Positions 46,246-57,542 of a DNA stretch of 64,000 nucleotides are shown here, piece by piece. Source of the DNA: Candidatus Omnitrophota bacterium (lineage in GTDB: Bacteria; Omnitrophota; Gorgyraeia; 2-01-FULL-45-10); NCBI GenBank assembly GCA_043798375.1, contig JAZDOS010000028.1, positions 28,241 through 92,240 on the forward strand, read 5' to 3'. Positions within the stretch are counted from its first letter, which is position 1; each line of letters opens with the position of its first letter. The translations under genes and the position numbers were made by a program. The notes beneath the pieces were generated by a model, which saw only the letters and a list, made by a program, of their open reading frames with translations, did not search any database and was not told where the DNA came from.

Positions 46246-46706
46246 AAGTATTTTAAAATCTCGTCCTGAATTTTGGCCATCCGCCGCTTGTCCGGGGCCC
46301 TTTCGTCGTCATAGCCGGAGAGGTGCAAAATGCCGTGTATAACGTAAAGAATTATTTCTTCTTCTAACGGGGTTTTGAAAATTTTCGAGTTTCTAAGCGC
46401 CTGATCCGGCGATATAAATATCTCCCCGATAAAACCTTTTTTTCCAAATTCTTTTCTGTCAATCCCAAAACTTAAAACATCGGTGGGGCCGGACCTGCCT
46501 TTATATTTTTTATTCAGGGCCGATATAGCGTTGTCGTTTAAAAAAACTATCTCAAGTTCGATTCCTCGAGATTTCTTCAGATACCTCAGGATCTCCGCTG
46601 TAATCTTTTTTATGAACGCGATGTTTAATCGGTACTTTTTGTGGAGATTGTCAATCCTTATTCCCTGTACCCTGTCCCCTGAACCCTGTACCCTTTCCCT
46701 TTTCAC
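46203..46706 (-). CDS. ybeY: rRNA maturation RNase YbeY (true start uncertain; 5' end overlaps a short tandem repeat)
   Basis: HGILHLSGYDD zinc-binding motif (H..LH..G.DH signature). Confidence 0.85.
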   Translation of the reverse strand: MKRERVQGSGDRVQGIRIDNLHKKYRLNIAFIKKITAEILRYLKKSRGIELEIVFLNDNAISALNKKYKGRSGPTDVLSFGIDRKEFGKKGFIGEIFISPDQALRNSKIFKTPLEEEIILYVIHGILHLSGYDDERAPDKRRMAKIQDEILKYLWKKENLSKVLTPR

Positions 46707-48466
46707 GTCTTTATCTTGATATTCAATTCGTCGAGCTGCTTCCCGCCTACAATCGAGGGCGCGTTCGTCATCGGGCAGAATGCCTTCTGTGTCTTCGGAA
46801 ACGCGATCACGTCCCTTATCGACTCGCAGCCCAACAGTAACGTCATGAGCCTGTCTAATCCGAACGCGATGCCGCCGTGAGGCGGGGCGCCGTATTTGAA
46901 CGCGTCGAGCAGAAATCCGAACCTCAGCCGCGCTTCGTCATCGCCTATCCCTATGGTCTTGAAGATCAGTTCCTGAAGAAGCCGCTCGTGTATTCTTATG
47001 CTCCCCGACCCTATCTCCGCGCCGTTTATGACAAGATCGTATGATCTCGACCTGATGTCGTGGAGACGAATGCCTTTTTCCAGAAGCCCGACGTCGTCCG
47101 GATGCACGGACGTAAAAGGATGGTGCTCCGATTCCCACCTCTTCTCTTCGTCATTGTATTTGAAAAGCGGGAAGTCCGTTATCCAAATGAAGTTGAACTT
47201 CTTTTCATCGATAAGTTTAAGCTTTCTCCCCAAATGCCTCCTAAGGGCAGCCATCGAATCGCGGGCAATTTTCTCGGCGTCGGCCACGATAAATATCATA
47301 TCGCCGTCTTCAGCCAGAAGGCGCTTCCTTATCGCGCCCAATTCGCTTTCCGTGAAAAATTTATTTATCTGCGAGGAGAGCCCCCCGGATTCAGCCTTAA
47401 AATTCGCGAGCCCCTTCGCGCCGTATTCTTTGACAAATTCGATCAACTGGTCTATCTCGCCGCGCGAGATACTTGCGCATCCTTTCGCATTTATCGCGAT
47501 GGCCTTACCCTTCTTCTTCAGGACATCCTGGAATATCTTGAACCGGCAATCTTTCACGATATCGGTTATCTCGGCAAGCTCCAACCCGAATCTCGTATCA
47601 GGTTTATCGCACCCGAAACGCGACACGCTCTCGGCGTATTTAATCCGGGGGAACGGCGGCTTGAGGTCACAGCCTATCGTATCTTTGAATATCTTATTCA
47701 TCAGATTTTCGGATATCTCGAATATGTCCTCTTCCGTCACGAACGACATCTCGATATCGAACTGGGTAAATTCAGGCTGCCTGTCGGCCCTCAGGTCTTC
47801 GTCGCGGAAGCACTTCGCTATCTGGAAATACCTGTCGAAGGACGATACCATGAGGATCTGCTTGAATAATTGCGGAGACTGCGGGAGCGCGTAAAACATC
47901 CCCGGGTTTACCCTTGAGGGAACGAGGTAATCCCTCGCGCCTTCGGGCGTCGACTTTGTGAGAATGGGCGTCTCGACCTCGACGAAATTACGCCCGTCGA
48001 AATAGTCCCTGGCAAGCTTGCATACTTTATGCCGCAGGCGCAAGGACTTCTGCATACCCGGCCGCCTGAGATCTATATATCTATACTTCAATCTCGACTC
48101 TTCGGTGACGTTAACATCATCCGTCACTTCAAACGGCGGGGTCGCGGCCTTATTAAGGATCTCGACCGATTCGGCGGCTATTTCGATAAGCCCCGTCGCC
48201 AGCTTCGGATTTTCTGTTCCGGCCGGCCTCTTCCGGACAATACCTTTTACCTTAATAACAAATTCCGGCCGAAGCTCCTCCGCCTTCTTGTGGACATCCT
48301 GTTTGAGGCTCGGATTAAAAACGATCTGAGTCAATCCGTAACCGTCGCGCAGGTCGATAAATATGAGGTTCCCGTGGTCGCGTCTCGACCCTACCCAGCC
48401 GCAGAGCTCGACGGCCTTACCCATATCTTTATCATTCAGCCCGCCGCAAGTGTGAGTTCTCAGCAT
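46703..48466 (-). CDS. aspS: aspartate--tRNA ligase
   Basis: MLRTHTCGGLNDKDMGKAVELCGWV start and class IIb motifs (FRDEDLRADRQPEFTQ, GGIAFGLDRL). Confidence 0.95.
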   Translation of the reverse strand: MLRTHTCGGLNDKDMGKAVELCGWVGSRRDHGNLIFIDLRDGYGLTQIVFNPSLKQDVHKKAEELRPEFVIKVKGIVRKRPAGTENPKLATGLIEIAAESVEILNKAATPPFEVTDDVNVTEESRLKYRYIDLRRPGMQKSLRLRHKVCKLARDYFDGRNFVEVETPILTKSTPEGARDYLVPSRVNPGMFYALPQSPQLFKQILMVSSFDRYFQIAKCFRDEDLRADRQPEFTQFDIEMSFVTEEDIFEISENLMNKIFKDTIGCDLKPPFPRIKYAESVSRFGCDKPDTRFGLELAEITDIVKDCRFKIFQDVLKKKGKAIAINAKGCASISRGEIDQLIEFVKEYGAKGLANFKAESGGLSSQINKFFTESELGAIRKRLLAEDGDMIFIVADAEKIARDSMAALRRHLGRKLKLIDEKKFNFIWITDFPLFKYNDEEKRWESEHHPFTSVHPDDVGLLEKGIRLHDIRSRSYDLVINGAEIGSGSIRIHERLLQELIFKTIGIGDDEARLRFGFLLDAFKYGAPPHGGIAFGLDRLMTLLLGCESIRDVIAFPKTQKAFCPMTNAPSIVGGKQLDELNIKIKT

Positions 48467-49728
48467 AATCTCTTCTTAAGCTCCATTACAATAGAATTTT
48501 TATCGATCAGGATCTGCTTCTTCTGTTCCTCGGTTTCTCTCATATCTTTTAAAACTACCTTATGCTGAGCCAGCTCATTTTCTCCCAAAATCAAAACTAC
48601 CCCGGCATTACTTTTATCGGCGGTTCTCATTTGTGATTTTAACGACGCTTCCGTAATATCGGTAAATACTACTAAATCCGGAAATTCTTTTCTTATCTTC
48701 CCGGCAGCCTGAATACCGTAAATCTTCGCCGCATCGCCTAATGTCGCAATATATACGACTTTTTTAGCTATAGCCGGCTCTTTTTTAAGCGCCATTATTA
48801 TCCTCTCTATCCCGAGGGCATACCCTATGGCGCCGGCGTCCGGACCGCCCAAATCCTTTACAAGGTTGTCATACCGCCCTCCTGCGCCTATGGCGTCTTG
48901 CGCGCCCAGGGCGGTATGCGTAATTTCAAAAACAGGTCCCGTATAATAATCCAACCCTCTGACAAGATTCGCCGACTCGTTGAACTTAATATTCATTTTC
49001 TCCAACAAATCTTTAAGCTTTTTGAAATGGTTTTCGCATCCCGGGCAGAGACTTTTTGAAATATCGGGCGATTCTTTTACTATTTGCCTGCAAGACTCAT
49101 TTTTGCAGTCTAATACTCTTAAGGCGTTCTTACCGGCTCGTTCTTTGCAATCCTGACACAACCGGTCTTTTTTGCCTTCCAAAAATTTTTTTAAGCTTTC
49201 CCCGAAATTTTCTTTGTCTTTCTTGCATCCCAGGCTATTTAGATTTATGACAAAATCTGTCAGCTTAAAAAGCTTAAGCATGTTGTTCAGCTGTGAGATT
49301 ACCTCAGCGTCGGCAAAATGAGACTTGCTTCCAAAAATCTCTACGCCTATCTGGTGGAATTGCCTGGAACGCCCTTTTTGCGGCCTCTCGCTTCTAAACA
49401 TGGGGCCGATGTAATATAACCTTAATACCTGCGAAATCCTGTCCATTGAATGTTCTATATACGCCCTTACTATAGGGGCGGTTCCTTCAGGCCTAAGCGT
49501 CAAAGACCTCTCTTTTCTATCTTTAAAAGTATACATCTCCTTCGTAACTATATCAGTAGTTTCACCTATGCCTCGGACAAAGATGGCAGTATCCTCCAAT
49601 ACAGGCGTCCTTATTTCCATATAACCATAGGATTCAAGATCTGCGCGCGCTTTACGCTCCAAATCCTGCCATAGCTGGATATCCGGCCACAGTATATCTT
49701 CCATTCCCTTTACCGCCTGATATTTCAT
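48460..49728 (-). CDS. hisS: histidine--tRNA ligase (with a Cys-rich insertion)
   Basis: MKYQAVKGMEDILWPD start; motifs MFRSERPQKGRSRQFHQIGVE and GGGRYD; insert CQDCKERAGKNALRVLDCKNESC...CPGCE. Confidence 0.9.
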   Translation of the reverse strand: MKYQAVKGMEDILWPDIQLWQDLERKARADLESYGYMEIRTPVLEDTAIFVRGIGETTDIVTKEMYTFKDRKERSLTLRPEGTAPIVRAYIEHSMDRISQVLRLYYIGPMFRSERPQKGRSRQFHQIGVEIFGSKSHFADAEVISQLNNMLKLFKLTDFVINLNSLGCKKDKENFGESLKKFLEGKKDRLCQDCKERAGKNALRVLDCKNESCRQIVKESPDISKSLCPGCENHFKKLKDLLEKMNIKFNESANLVRGLDYYTGPVFEITHTALGAQDAIGAGGRYDNLVKDLGGPDAGAIGYALGIERIIMALKKEPAIAKKVVYIATLGDAAKIYGIQAAGKIRKEFPDLVVFTDITEASLKSQMRTADKSNAGVVLILGENELAQHKVVLKDMRETEEQKKQILIDKNSIVMELKKRLC

Positions 49729-49766
49729 ATATTTTTCCCTATACGCTATCCGCTAAACGCTATACT

Positions 49767-50039
49767 CTATTTGACTTTCTTCTTCATCACCATCCCGGCT
49801 TTGAATGTAACGACTTTCCTCTCGGGTATAGGGACCGTCGCGCCGGTCTTGGGGTTTCTGCCGATCCTCGGCTTTCTCGTCTTCACCTTAAAGACGCCGA
49901 AGTTTCTTAATTCAACCGTCTTCCCTCCGGATAACGCGCTCGTTATATGGTCGAGTGTCCTCTGCACCACCTTTTTCACGTCAACCTGTCTTATGTCGGT
50001 CTCTTCGGTTATCTTCAATACAATATCTTTTTTTGTCAT
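49767..50039 (-). CDS. hup: DNA-binding protein HU
   Basis: 90 aa; RNFGVFKVKTRKPRIGRNPKTGATVPIPERKVVTFKAG. Confidence 0.9.
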   Translation of the reverse strand: MTKKDIVLKITEETDIRQVDVKKVVQRTLDHITSALSGGKTVELRNFGVFKVKTRKPRIGRNPKTGATVPIPERKVVTFKAGMVMKKKVK

Positions 50040-50458
50040 GCTGCCCCCCCGTTAAATATCTTTTTTAAAAAAACGCCTACAGGATTAAGGTCTTCCATCC
50101 TTCTCCTCTTTTCCTTAAGCCTTTCCTGAATATTGTTCAGGAATATGTATGAATCCTTCCAGTCGTTATTGAGCCTCTTTTGATTCTCCTCGGAGATGAA
50201 CCGTATCGTCTCGACGTTCAACACTTCGCTCACCGGGTCGGTGAGGCGGCCGTGAGGCATGTATTTAAATTCCATTATGCCGGTCAGGTCGCCATACTTG
50301 GCTTTGATCACATCCTTCGTCTCGAGAAATTTTTCCTCATCTTCTTTGGAAATGATGCCTTTGGATATTGTGTCATTGTATATGTGATGAAATTTCGTCC
50401 AGAACTCGATGAAACTTTTCACCGCTTTTATGCCGGCTTCGGTCTTTTTGTCTATCAT
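50036..50458 (-). CDS. hypothetical protein
   Basis: 140 aa, no recognisable motif; 4-nt overlap with hup. Confidence 0.3.
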   Translation of the reverse strand: MIDKKTEAGIKAVKSFIEFWTKFHHIYNDTISKGIISKEDEEKFLETKDVIKAKYGDLTGIMEFKYMPHGRLTDPVSEVLNVETIRFISEENQKRLNNDWKDSYIFLNNIQERLKEKRRRMEDLNPVGVFLKKIFNGGAA

Positions 50459-50539
50459 AACATTTTGCTCTATAATGGGTTATGTTATCATCGCCGTCGA
50501 GTAAAGTCAATCTAATATTTACCGAAGGTGCCCTGCTTA

Positions 50540-50600
50540 CCGATACAACCTGCGAGGTTTGCCGGCAGCTATCTACCTGTTAACCTCGCAGGTTGTATCG
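50540..50600. repeat. palindromic intergenic element copy 4
   Basis: CCGATACAACCTGCGAGGTT-TGCCGGCAGCTATCTACCTGTT-AACCTCGCAGGTTGTATCG. Confidence 0.85.
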
Positions 50601-50615
50601 AAGGTGCCCCGAAGG

Positions 50616-50638
50616 TGCCTGGCACCTCTTTTGTTTTA
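50616..50638 (+). terminator. hairpin GAAGGTGCCTGGCACCTCTTTTG (copy 2 of 2)
   Basis: Identical to 44741-44763. Preceded by a partial copy AAGGTGCCCCGAAGGTGCC. The T-run overlaps the dnaE stop codon. Confidence 0.4.
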
Positions 50639-53600
50639 CGTCTTGAAGCTCACGACGTCGCGGCCGAAGAGCTTTTCGACGTCGCGGACGAGCCCTTCGT
50701 GAGGCTCGACCGACAAGGTCCTCGACGCGGATACCAGCGTGCGCTCGCCGTCCGGCTTCTTGAACGCCATATATACGGGTATGCGGCCCGGATATCTGGC
50801 AAGCACCTTCTTCAGTTTCTCCAGCGAGCCTGTCTCAAGCCCGGCCGTCAGGAGGTCTATTATCACGGTCTTAGTGTACTTCATGCGGACCGAATCGAGC
50901 GAGGCGATCTCATTTGCCACTATCTTCGGCTCTTCCTCTCTGAGGCTCAAGCGGCCTTTGACAAAAACTATCGCATCCTGTTTTACAAGGTTGGCGCACT
51001 TAGAAAATGTGCTGGGAAATACCAGCGTCTCGACCATGCCCTCCAAATCCTCAAGCCCTACTATCGCCATCTTCTCGTTCGTCTTCCTTGTAGTGGTGAA
51101 TTTAACCTTTGCTATGATACCTCCGAGCAGGATTTCTTCGCCGTCCGAGCGGTTCCGTAATCCGGTCGTGGCGCAGGTCGAATACGTCTTTAAAATCTTT
51201 TCAAATCTCGCCAGCGGATGATTTGTTATATAAAACCCGAGGAGTTCTTTTTCATAGGCCAGAAGCTGATTTTCCGGCCACTCGGGGATATTCGGCGTCT
51301 CCTGGAATGTCTTCTTGAAGTTTTCCTGGTCCTCGAATTTATCGAAGAACGAAAGCTGGCCGGCTATCTTGTCTTTCTGGATGCCTCCGGCCACTTCCAG
51401 CGCCTTGTCGATCATTGCCGAAAGCTGAGAGCGGTATAAGCCCAAAGAATCCATCGCCCCGCATTTTATAAGGCTTTCGATTACTTTTCTGTTCACAAGC
51501 CTGGAGTCGACTTTCTCGGTAAAATCGTAGATCGATTTGAATTTGCCTGATCGGCCGCGCATGTTTATGATGGAATCTATTGCGCCATGCCCCACGTTCT
51601 TGACTGCGAGAAGCCCGAACCTTATCGAGCCCCCCACAACGGTAAAGTTGGCGTAACTTTCGTTCACGTCCGGCGGCAGTATCTTTATATTCATCTTCAC
51701 CGCCTCATTGATATATGTCGCGATCTTGTCGAGGTTGTCTTTTTCGCTTGTCAGAAGCGCTGTCATGAATTCAACCGGATAGTTCGCCTTGAGATACGCG
51801 GTCCTGTAGCTTATCATGGCGTAGGCGGCCGAATGCGATTTGTTGAAACCGTACCCGGCGAAATATTCTATCTGGTCGAATATCTTGGATGCGGATCTTT
51901 TATCTATACCGTTCTTGATGCATCCCGATACGAAATGCTCCCTCATCTCGATCATAACCTCGGGCGTCTTCTTTGCCATCGCGCGCCGGAGGTTATCGGC
52001 TTCGGCGAGCGAGAAACCCGCTAAGGACGAAGCGATCCTCATCGCCTGTTCCTGGAACAATATCACACCATAAGTTTCCTTTAATATCGGTTCCAGCTGC
52101 GGATGGTCGTAGCGTATCCTGGTCTCGCCGTGCTTCCTCTTCATGAAGTCATCCAGCATCCCCGACCCTATCGGGCCGGGCCTGAATAGCGCAAGGAGCG
52201 CGATAATATCCTCGAACTTCTCCGGTTTCAATTTCTTCAGAAGGTCCCTCATACCCGAGCTTTCCAGCTGGAAGACCCCGACAGACTCGGCATTGGCAAG
52301 AAGCTTGTAAGTTTTTTTATCGTCCATCAATATCTTATTTATATCCAGATCTATGCCCTTGGTGCGCTTTATGATCTTTATAGCCTCACTTACAACCGTG
52401 AGCGTGCGCAGGCCCAGAAGGTCCATCTTGAGAAGCCCTATCTTCTCAAGCGACGTCATCGGATAGCCGGTCGTGATCTGGCCATCCTGGATTTTATAGA
52501 GGGGCACATGATTTACGAGCGGCTCTTCGCTTATGACGACGCCGGCCGCATGGGTAGAAGCGTGCCTGGTGAGGCCTTCGAGCACAAGCGACGTATCTAT
52601 GAGCTGGGCGATCTTAGAATCGTTTTTGTAGAGGCTTCTTAATTCCGGCTCCTGTTCGAGCGCGTGATTTAACGTCATGTTAAGGTCGTTGGGAATGAGT
52701 TTCGCGATCTTGTCGACATCGGCATAAGCCATCCCGAGCGCGCGGCCCGTGTCCCTTATCACGGCCTTCGCCATCATAGTCCCGAAAGTTATTATCTGCG
52801 CGACATTGTCCCTGGAATATTTCTTCACGACGTAATCGATGACTTCGTTGCGCCTCTCGTAACAGAAATCTATATCGATATCCGGCAGGCTTATCCTTTC
52901 CGGGTTCAGGAATCTTTCGAAGAGGAGGTCGTATCTTAACGGGTCGATGTCGGTTATGCCAAGGGCATAGCTAACGACGCTTCCGGCAGCGCTTCCGCGG
53001 CCGGGCCCTACCGGAATAAGGTTCTGTTTCGCGTAGTGGACAAAATCCCACGCTATCAGAAAGTAGCTTGTGTATCCGAAATTCTCTATGACCTTCAACT
53101 CATGCTCGACGCGCTCCTTAACAACCTTATCGTCATCCGGATACCTGGATTTCAAACCGTCCTGCACAATTTCTCTTAAGTACCCTTCCCTGGTTTTGCC
53201 TTCCGGGACCTTGAAATTCGGAAGATGCGCTTTTTTGAAATCGAGTTCGAGATTGCACTTTTCAGCTATCGCAATCGTAGCCCTGAGGGCCTCCGGCGCA
53301 AGATCCCCGAAGGTGCGGCTCATCTCGTTCTTTGATTTTAAATAAAATTCATCCGTCTGGAGGCGCATCCTGTTCGGGTCATCGACCGTCGTTTGCGTCT
53401 GGATGCACAAAAGCGTTTCGTGAGCCCGCGCGTGCTCTTTTTCGAGATAATGGACATCGTTCGTGGCAACGAGCCCTATACTCATATCTTTGGAAAGTTT
53501 TATCAGTTCCTCGTTCACCTTTTCCTGTTCGGGTATAAGATTATCCTGGATCTCGAGGTAGAAATTCTCCTTACCGAACATGGACCTATATTCATCTATG

Positions 53601-54082
53601 ACCTTCTTCGCCTGGTCCAGCTGGTTGGTGTATATCAGGTGAGGTATCTCGCCCTTGAGGCAGGCGGTCGTGCAGATGAGGCCGTCTTTATATTTGGCGA
53701 GGACTTCCTTGTCGATCCTCGGCCTGTAATAGAAACCTTCGAGAAATCCTATCGAGACAAGTTTTAAAAGGTTCCTGTATCCTGCCTCGTTCTTGGCCAG
53801 CAGGATTAAATGAAACGACGCCTCCTGTATTCCATGGCTTGTTTTTTCGAACCGGGAATCCGGAGCGATATAGACTTCGCTTCCGATGATCGGCTTAATG
53901 CCGTTCTTCATGGCGATGTCGTAAAATTCGATCGCGCCGAACATGTTGCCGTGGTCGGTCATGGCGCAGGCGGGCATCTTCTCTTCTTTTAATTTTTGTA
54001 TAAGGTTTTCGAGTATGCAGGCGCCGTCAAGCAGGCTGTACTGCGTGTGGACGTGAAGGTGGACGAAGTCAGAATGTGTCAT
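50636..54082 (-). CDS. dnaE: DNA polymerase III subunit alpha
   Basis: 1148 aa; N-terminal PHP domain (FVHLHVHTQYSLLDGA); polymerase core and OB domain. Confidence 0.95.
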   Translation of the reverse strand: MTHSDFVHLHVHTQYSLLDGACILENLIQKLKEEKMPACAMTDHGNMFGAIEFYDIAMKNGIKPIIGSEVYIAPDSRFEKTSHGIQEASFHLILLAKNEAGYRNLLKLVSIGFLEGFYYRPRIDKEVLAKYKDGLICTTACLKGEIPHLIYTNQLDQAKKVIDEYRSMFGKENFYLEIQDNLIPEQEKVNEELIKLSKDMSIGLVATNDVHYLEKEHARAHETLLCIQTQTTVDDPNRMRLQTDEFYLKSKNEMSRTFGDLAPEALRATIAIAEKCNLELDFKKAHLPNFKVPEGKTREGYLREIVQDGLKSRYPDDDKVVKERVEHELKVIENFGYTSYFLIAWDFVHYAKQNLIPVGPGRGSAAGSVVSYALGITDIDPLRYDLLFERFLNPERISLPDIDIDFCYERRNEVIDYVVKKYSRDNVAQIITFGTMMAKAVIRDTGRALGMAYADVDKIAKLIPNDLNMTLNHALEQEPELRSLYKNDSKIAQLIDTSLVLEGLTRHASTHAAGVVISEEPLVNHVPLYKIQDGQITTGYPMTSLEKIGLLKMDLLGLRTLTVVSEAIKIIKRTKGIDLDINKILMDDKKTYKLLANAESVGVFQLESSGMRDLLKKLKPEKFEDIIALLALFRPGPIGSGMLDDFMKRKHGETRIRYDHPQLEPILKETYGVILFQEQAMRIASSLAGFSLAEADNLRRAMAKKTPEVMIEMREHFVSGCIKNGIDKRSASKIFDQIEYFAGYGFNKSHSAAYAMISYRTAYLKANYPVEFMTALLTSEKDNLDKIATYINEAVKMNIKILPPDVNESYANFTVVGGSIRFGLLAVKNVGHGAIDSIINMRGRSGKFKSIYDFTEKVDSRLVNRKVIESLIKCGAMDSLGLYRSQLSAMIDKALEVAGGIQKDKIAGQLSFFDKFEDQENFKKTFQETPNIPEWPENQLLAYEKELLGFYITNHPLARFEKILKTYSTCATTGLRNRSDGEEILLGGIIAKVKFTTTRKTNEKMAIVGLEDLEGMVETLVFPSTFSKCANLVKQDAIVFVKGRLSLREEEPKIVANEIASLDSVRMKYTKTVIIDLLTAGLETGSLEKLKKVLARYPGRIPVYMAFKKPDGERTLVSASRTLSVEPHEGLVRDVEKLFGRDVVSFKT

Positions 54083-55242
54083 TTTCCCATTCCAACCCGC
54101 TGGGCGGCTTGGAAAACTTTTCCTTCTGTCTGTATGGACGGCGCGATGATTATTTCCGTCTTATGCATCCGGCTGATAGATTTGGCGCCGACATTTCCCA
54201 TCGAAGTCTGAAGAGCGCCCATGAGGTTCTGCGAACCGTCATCAACTTTCGCGGGGCCGTACAGGATCTCCTCAAGGCTGCCGGTGACTCCGACCCTTAT
54301 GCGCGTTCCCCTGGGAAGGTTCGCGTGCGGCGTCGCCATTCCCCAGTGGTAGCCTCTTCCGGGCGCTTCCTTGGATCTGGCAAAGGCGCTTCCTACCATT
54401 ACGGCATCGGCGCCGCAGGCAAATGCCTTGCAGATATCGCCGCCCGTAGACATGCCGCCGTCGGTAATTATCGGAATATACCTCTTCTTCTTTTTGTAAT
54501 ACGCGTTTCTTGCGGCCGCGCAGTCGATCGTCGCCGTAACCTGAGGAACGCCTATTCCCAGAACACCTCTTGTAGTGCATGCGGCGCCCGGCCCTATGCC
54601 GACCAATAGGCCGCTGATACCCGTGTCCATAAGTTCCAGCGCGACTTCGTAGGTAACGCAATTACCTATAACGATCGGGATCTTCATCGACTTGCAAAAC
54701 TTGTAGAAATCGAGCGCTTTGTATTTCCGCGCGACATGCTTCACCGTCGTCACTGTCGATTGGACGATGAATATATCCGCTCCGGCTTCCTGCGCGATAC
54801 GGCCGAATTTTTCAGCCCTCTGCGGGATCGAACTTACAACCGCGGGGACTTTCGCGCGCTTTATCTCTTCTATTCTCCTGGAAACGAGTTTATCTTTGAT
54901 GGGCGCTTCATATATGAGCTGGACGAGCCTTGTGGCCTCTTCGGGCGAGGCGTGAGCGATCCTGTCCAGAACCTCGTTCGGATTTTCATATCTGGTCTGG
55001 ACGCCTTCGAGGTTCAGGACCGCGATCCCGCCCATCTTCCCCATCGCTATAGCGAACTTAACATCAACGACGCCGTCCATCGCCGCGGCCAGGATGGGAA
55101 CGTTATAGCGTTTACCGCCTATCTCCCACGAGGTATCGACTTCGTCCGGATTTATAGTAATCCTTCCCGGGACAAGGGCTATCTCGTCAAAGCCGTAACA
55201 ACGCCGCGCCTTCCTGTCAACGCCTATAAAGAATTGTGCCAT
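54079..55242 (-). CDS. IMP dehydrogenase/GMP reductase family protein lacking the CBS pair
   Basis: Catalytic loop GIGPGAACTTRGVLGIGVPQVTA (IMPDH active-site Cys loop). 387 aa without a CBS insertion. Confidence 0.75.
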   Translation of the reverse strand: MAQFFIGVDRKARRCYGFDEIALVPGRITINPDEVDTSWEIGGKRYNVPILAAAMDGVVDVKFAIAMGKMGGIAVLNLEGVQTRYENPNEVLDRIAHASPEEATRLVQLIYEAPIKDKLVSRRIEEIKRAKVPAVVSSIPQRAEKFGRIAQEAGADIFIVQSTVTTVKHVARKYKALDFYKFCKSMKIPIVIGNCVTYEVALELMDTGISGLLVGIGPGAACTTRGVLGIGVPQVTATIDCAAARNAYYKKKKRYIPIITDGGMSTGGDICKAFACGADAVMVGSAFARSKEAPGRGYHWGMATPHANLPRGTRIRVGVTGSLEEILYGPAKVDDGSQNLMGALQTSMGNVGAKSISRMHKTEIIIAPSIQTEGKVFQAAQRVGMGK

Positions 55243-55344
55243 ATTTTTCTCCGTGATATAAGATTATGAACAGAGGAAACGTGTTAGAGGATAATATGAT
55301 ATATAATAAGGGGCTCGTTGTCAATAAATAAAAGGGTAAAAATA

Positions 55345-55409
55345 AACCGATACAACCTGCGAGGTTTGCCGGCAGCTATCTACCTGTTAACCTCGCAGGT
55401 TGTATCGGT
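55345..55409. repeat. palindromic intergenic element copy 5
   Basis: AACCGATACAACCTGCGAGGTT-TGCCGGCAGCTATCTACCTGTT-AACCTCGCAGGTTGTATCGGT. The spacer is identical to copy 4. Confidence 0.85.
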
Positions 55410-55454
55410 AAAGAAAATAAAAGGGTCACATCCTTTTATTTCCAACTTGCTCTC

Positions 55455-57189
<1,735 letters not shown>

Positions 57190-57477
57190 CTATTTAACTA
57201 TCGCCAGAATATCCTCTTCCTTCAATATCAGATATTCTTTCCCGTCGACCGTAATCTCTGTCCCGGAATATTTTCCGAACAGAATCTTGTCGCCTGCCTT
57301 CACTTCCGGCGCGATGTTCTTGCCTTCATCCGAAATTTTCCCCTTGCCTACCGCGATTACCTCTGCCTCCTGCGGCTTCTCTTTCGCGGTATCAGGCAGC
57401 ACTATGCCGCCCTTCGTCACTTCTTTGGCTTCCAGAACGCTGACCATTATCCTGTCCGCCAATGGTTGAATCTTCAT
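57190..57477 (-). CDS. groS: co-chaperonin GroES
   Basis: MKIQPLADRIMV start with AAAGGAGGTG RBS 5 nt upstream. The track start at 57513 would lie inside the CIRCE operator. Confidence 0.9.
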   Translation of the reverse strand: MKIQPLADRIMVSVLEAKEVTKGGIVLPDTAKEKPQEAEVIAVGKGKISDEGKNIAPEVKAGDKILFGKYSGTEITVDGKEYLILKEEDILAIVK

Positions 57478-57506
57478 ATCCACACCTCCTTTGAAATTTT
57501 CCGGTT

Positions 57507-57533
57507 TTAGCACTCACCTAAAGGGAGTGCTAA
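57507..57533. promoter_or_regulatory. CIRCE operator (HrcA-binding inverted repeat) TTAGCACTC-N9-GAGTGCTAA
   Basis: Exact match to the CIRCE consensus, between promoter and groES start. Confidence 0.9.
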
Positions 57534-57542
57534 CAGAAACCT

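Noticed and set aside
46998-47894. 298-aa and 269-aa plus-strand ORFs
   Set aside because: Antisense to aspS. Ser/Leu-rich low complexity. Spurious.
50528-51221. 210-aa and 160-aa plus-strand ORFs
   Set aside because: Antisense to dnaE.
27701-55409. CRISPR array hypothesis for the recurring ACAACCTGCGAGGTT motif
   Set aside because: Copies are inverted-repeat hairpins scattered tens of kb apart in separate intergenic regions, not regularly spaced direct repeats with unique spacers. No cas genes are present.
57478-57513. Longer GroES start (MLKPENFKGGVD...)
   Set aside because: It would place the start codon inside the CIRCE operator. A strong RBS precedes the MKIQPL start at 57477.
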